From the human T2T-CHM13v2.0 reference genome, Homo sapiens, in assembly GCF_009914755.1 (NCBI RefSeq), contig NC_060925.1: 64,000 bases of DNA; one strand, given 5' to 3'. A program made the position numbers and the translations under genes. How positions within the stretch are numbered: the first letter of the stretch is position 1; every line of letters starts with the position of its first letter. The notes under the pieces are model-generated. The model saw nothing but the letters and a program-made list of their open reading frames with translations. It was not told the DNA's origin and ran no database searches. Shown here one piece after another: positions 63,827-64,000 of this stretch.

Positions 63827-64000
63827 CCCGGTCCAAAGAGGTCAGCTACAGCCACAGCACCTGAAAACCACAGAGACCGGGAAGGCGGATTTCTGAGTTC
63901 ACACAGCACAACTCCACACGTGGGCAAGTCGTGGACAGCCTGTGGGGCCCAGGCACTGGTATTGGGGTGGCAGGAGGTCTGGCCAGGCATCAGTCTCTCT

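Overview
Human (primate) genomic DNA, recognisable as the chr1p35 PEF1-COL16A1 locus. The minus strand carries the complete coding sequence of COL16A1 (collagen alpha-1(XVI), a FACIT collagen). I mapped 70 GT-AG coding exons (conventional exons 2-71) from ATG 63826 to TGA 14300. They sum to 4815 nt (1604 aa plus stop) with no frameshift; non-coding exon 1 lies beyond the window. PEF1 (peflin) exon 1 (MASYPYRQ) is at 6491-6514 (-) inside a CpG-island promoter, and bases 1-6490 are its intron 1. The rest is Alu/L1/L2/MIR/MER-rich intronic DNA. The best leads are: (1) a compact plus-strand multi-exon structure diverging from the PEF1 promoter behind an RFX X-box, with only stop-interrupted frames (lncRNA, possibly a fossil protein gene); (2) candidate unannotated 5-nt and 25-nt microexons in COL16A1 intron 49 that together add 10 in-frame residues; (3) several local splice-regulatory oddities; and (4) a 93-bp intronic direct repeat. 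Nearly all ORFs in the supplied track are spurious. No prokaryote-type systems are present.
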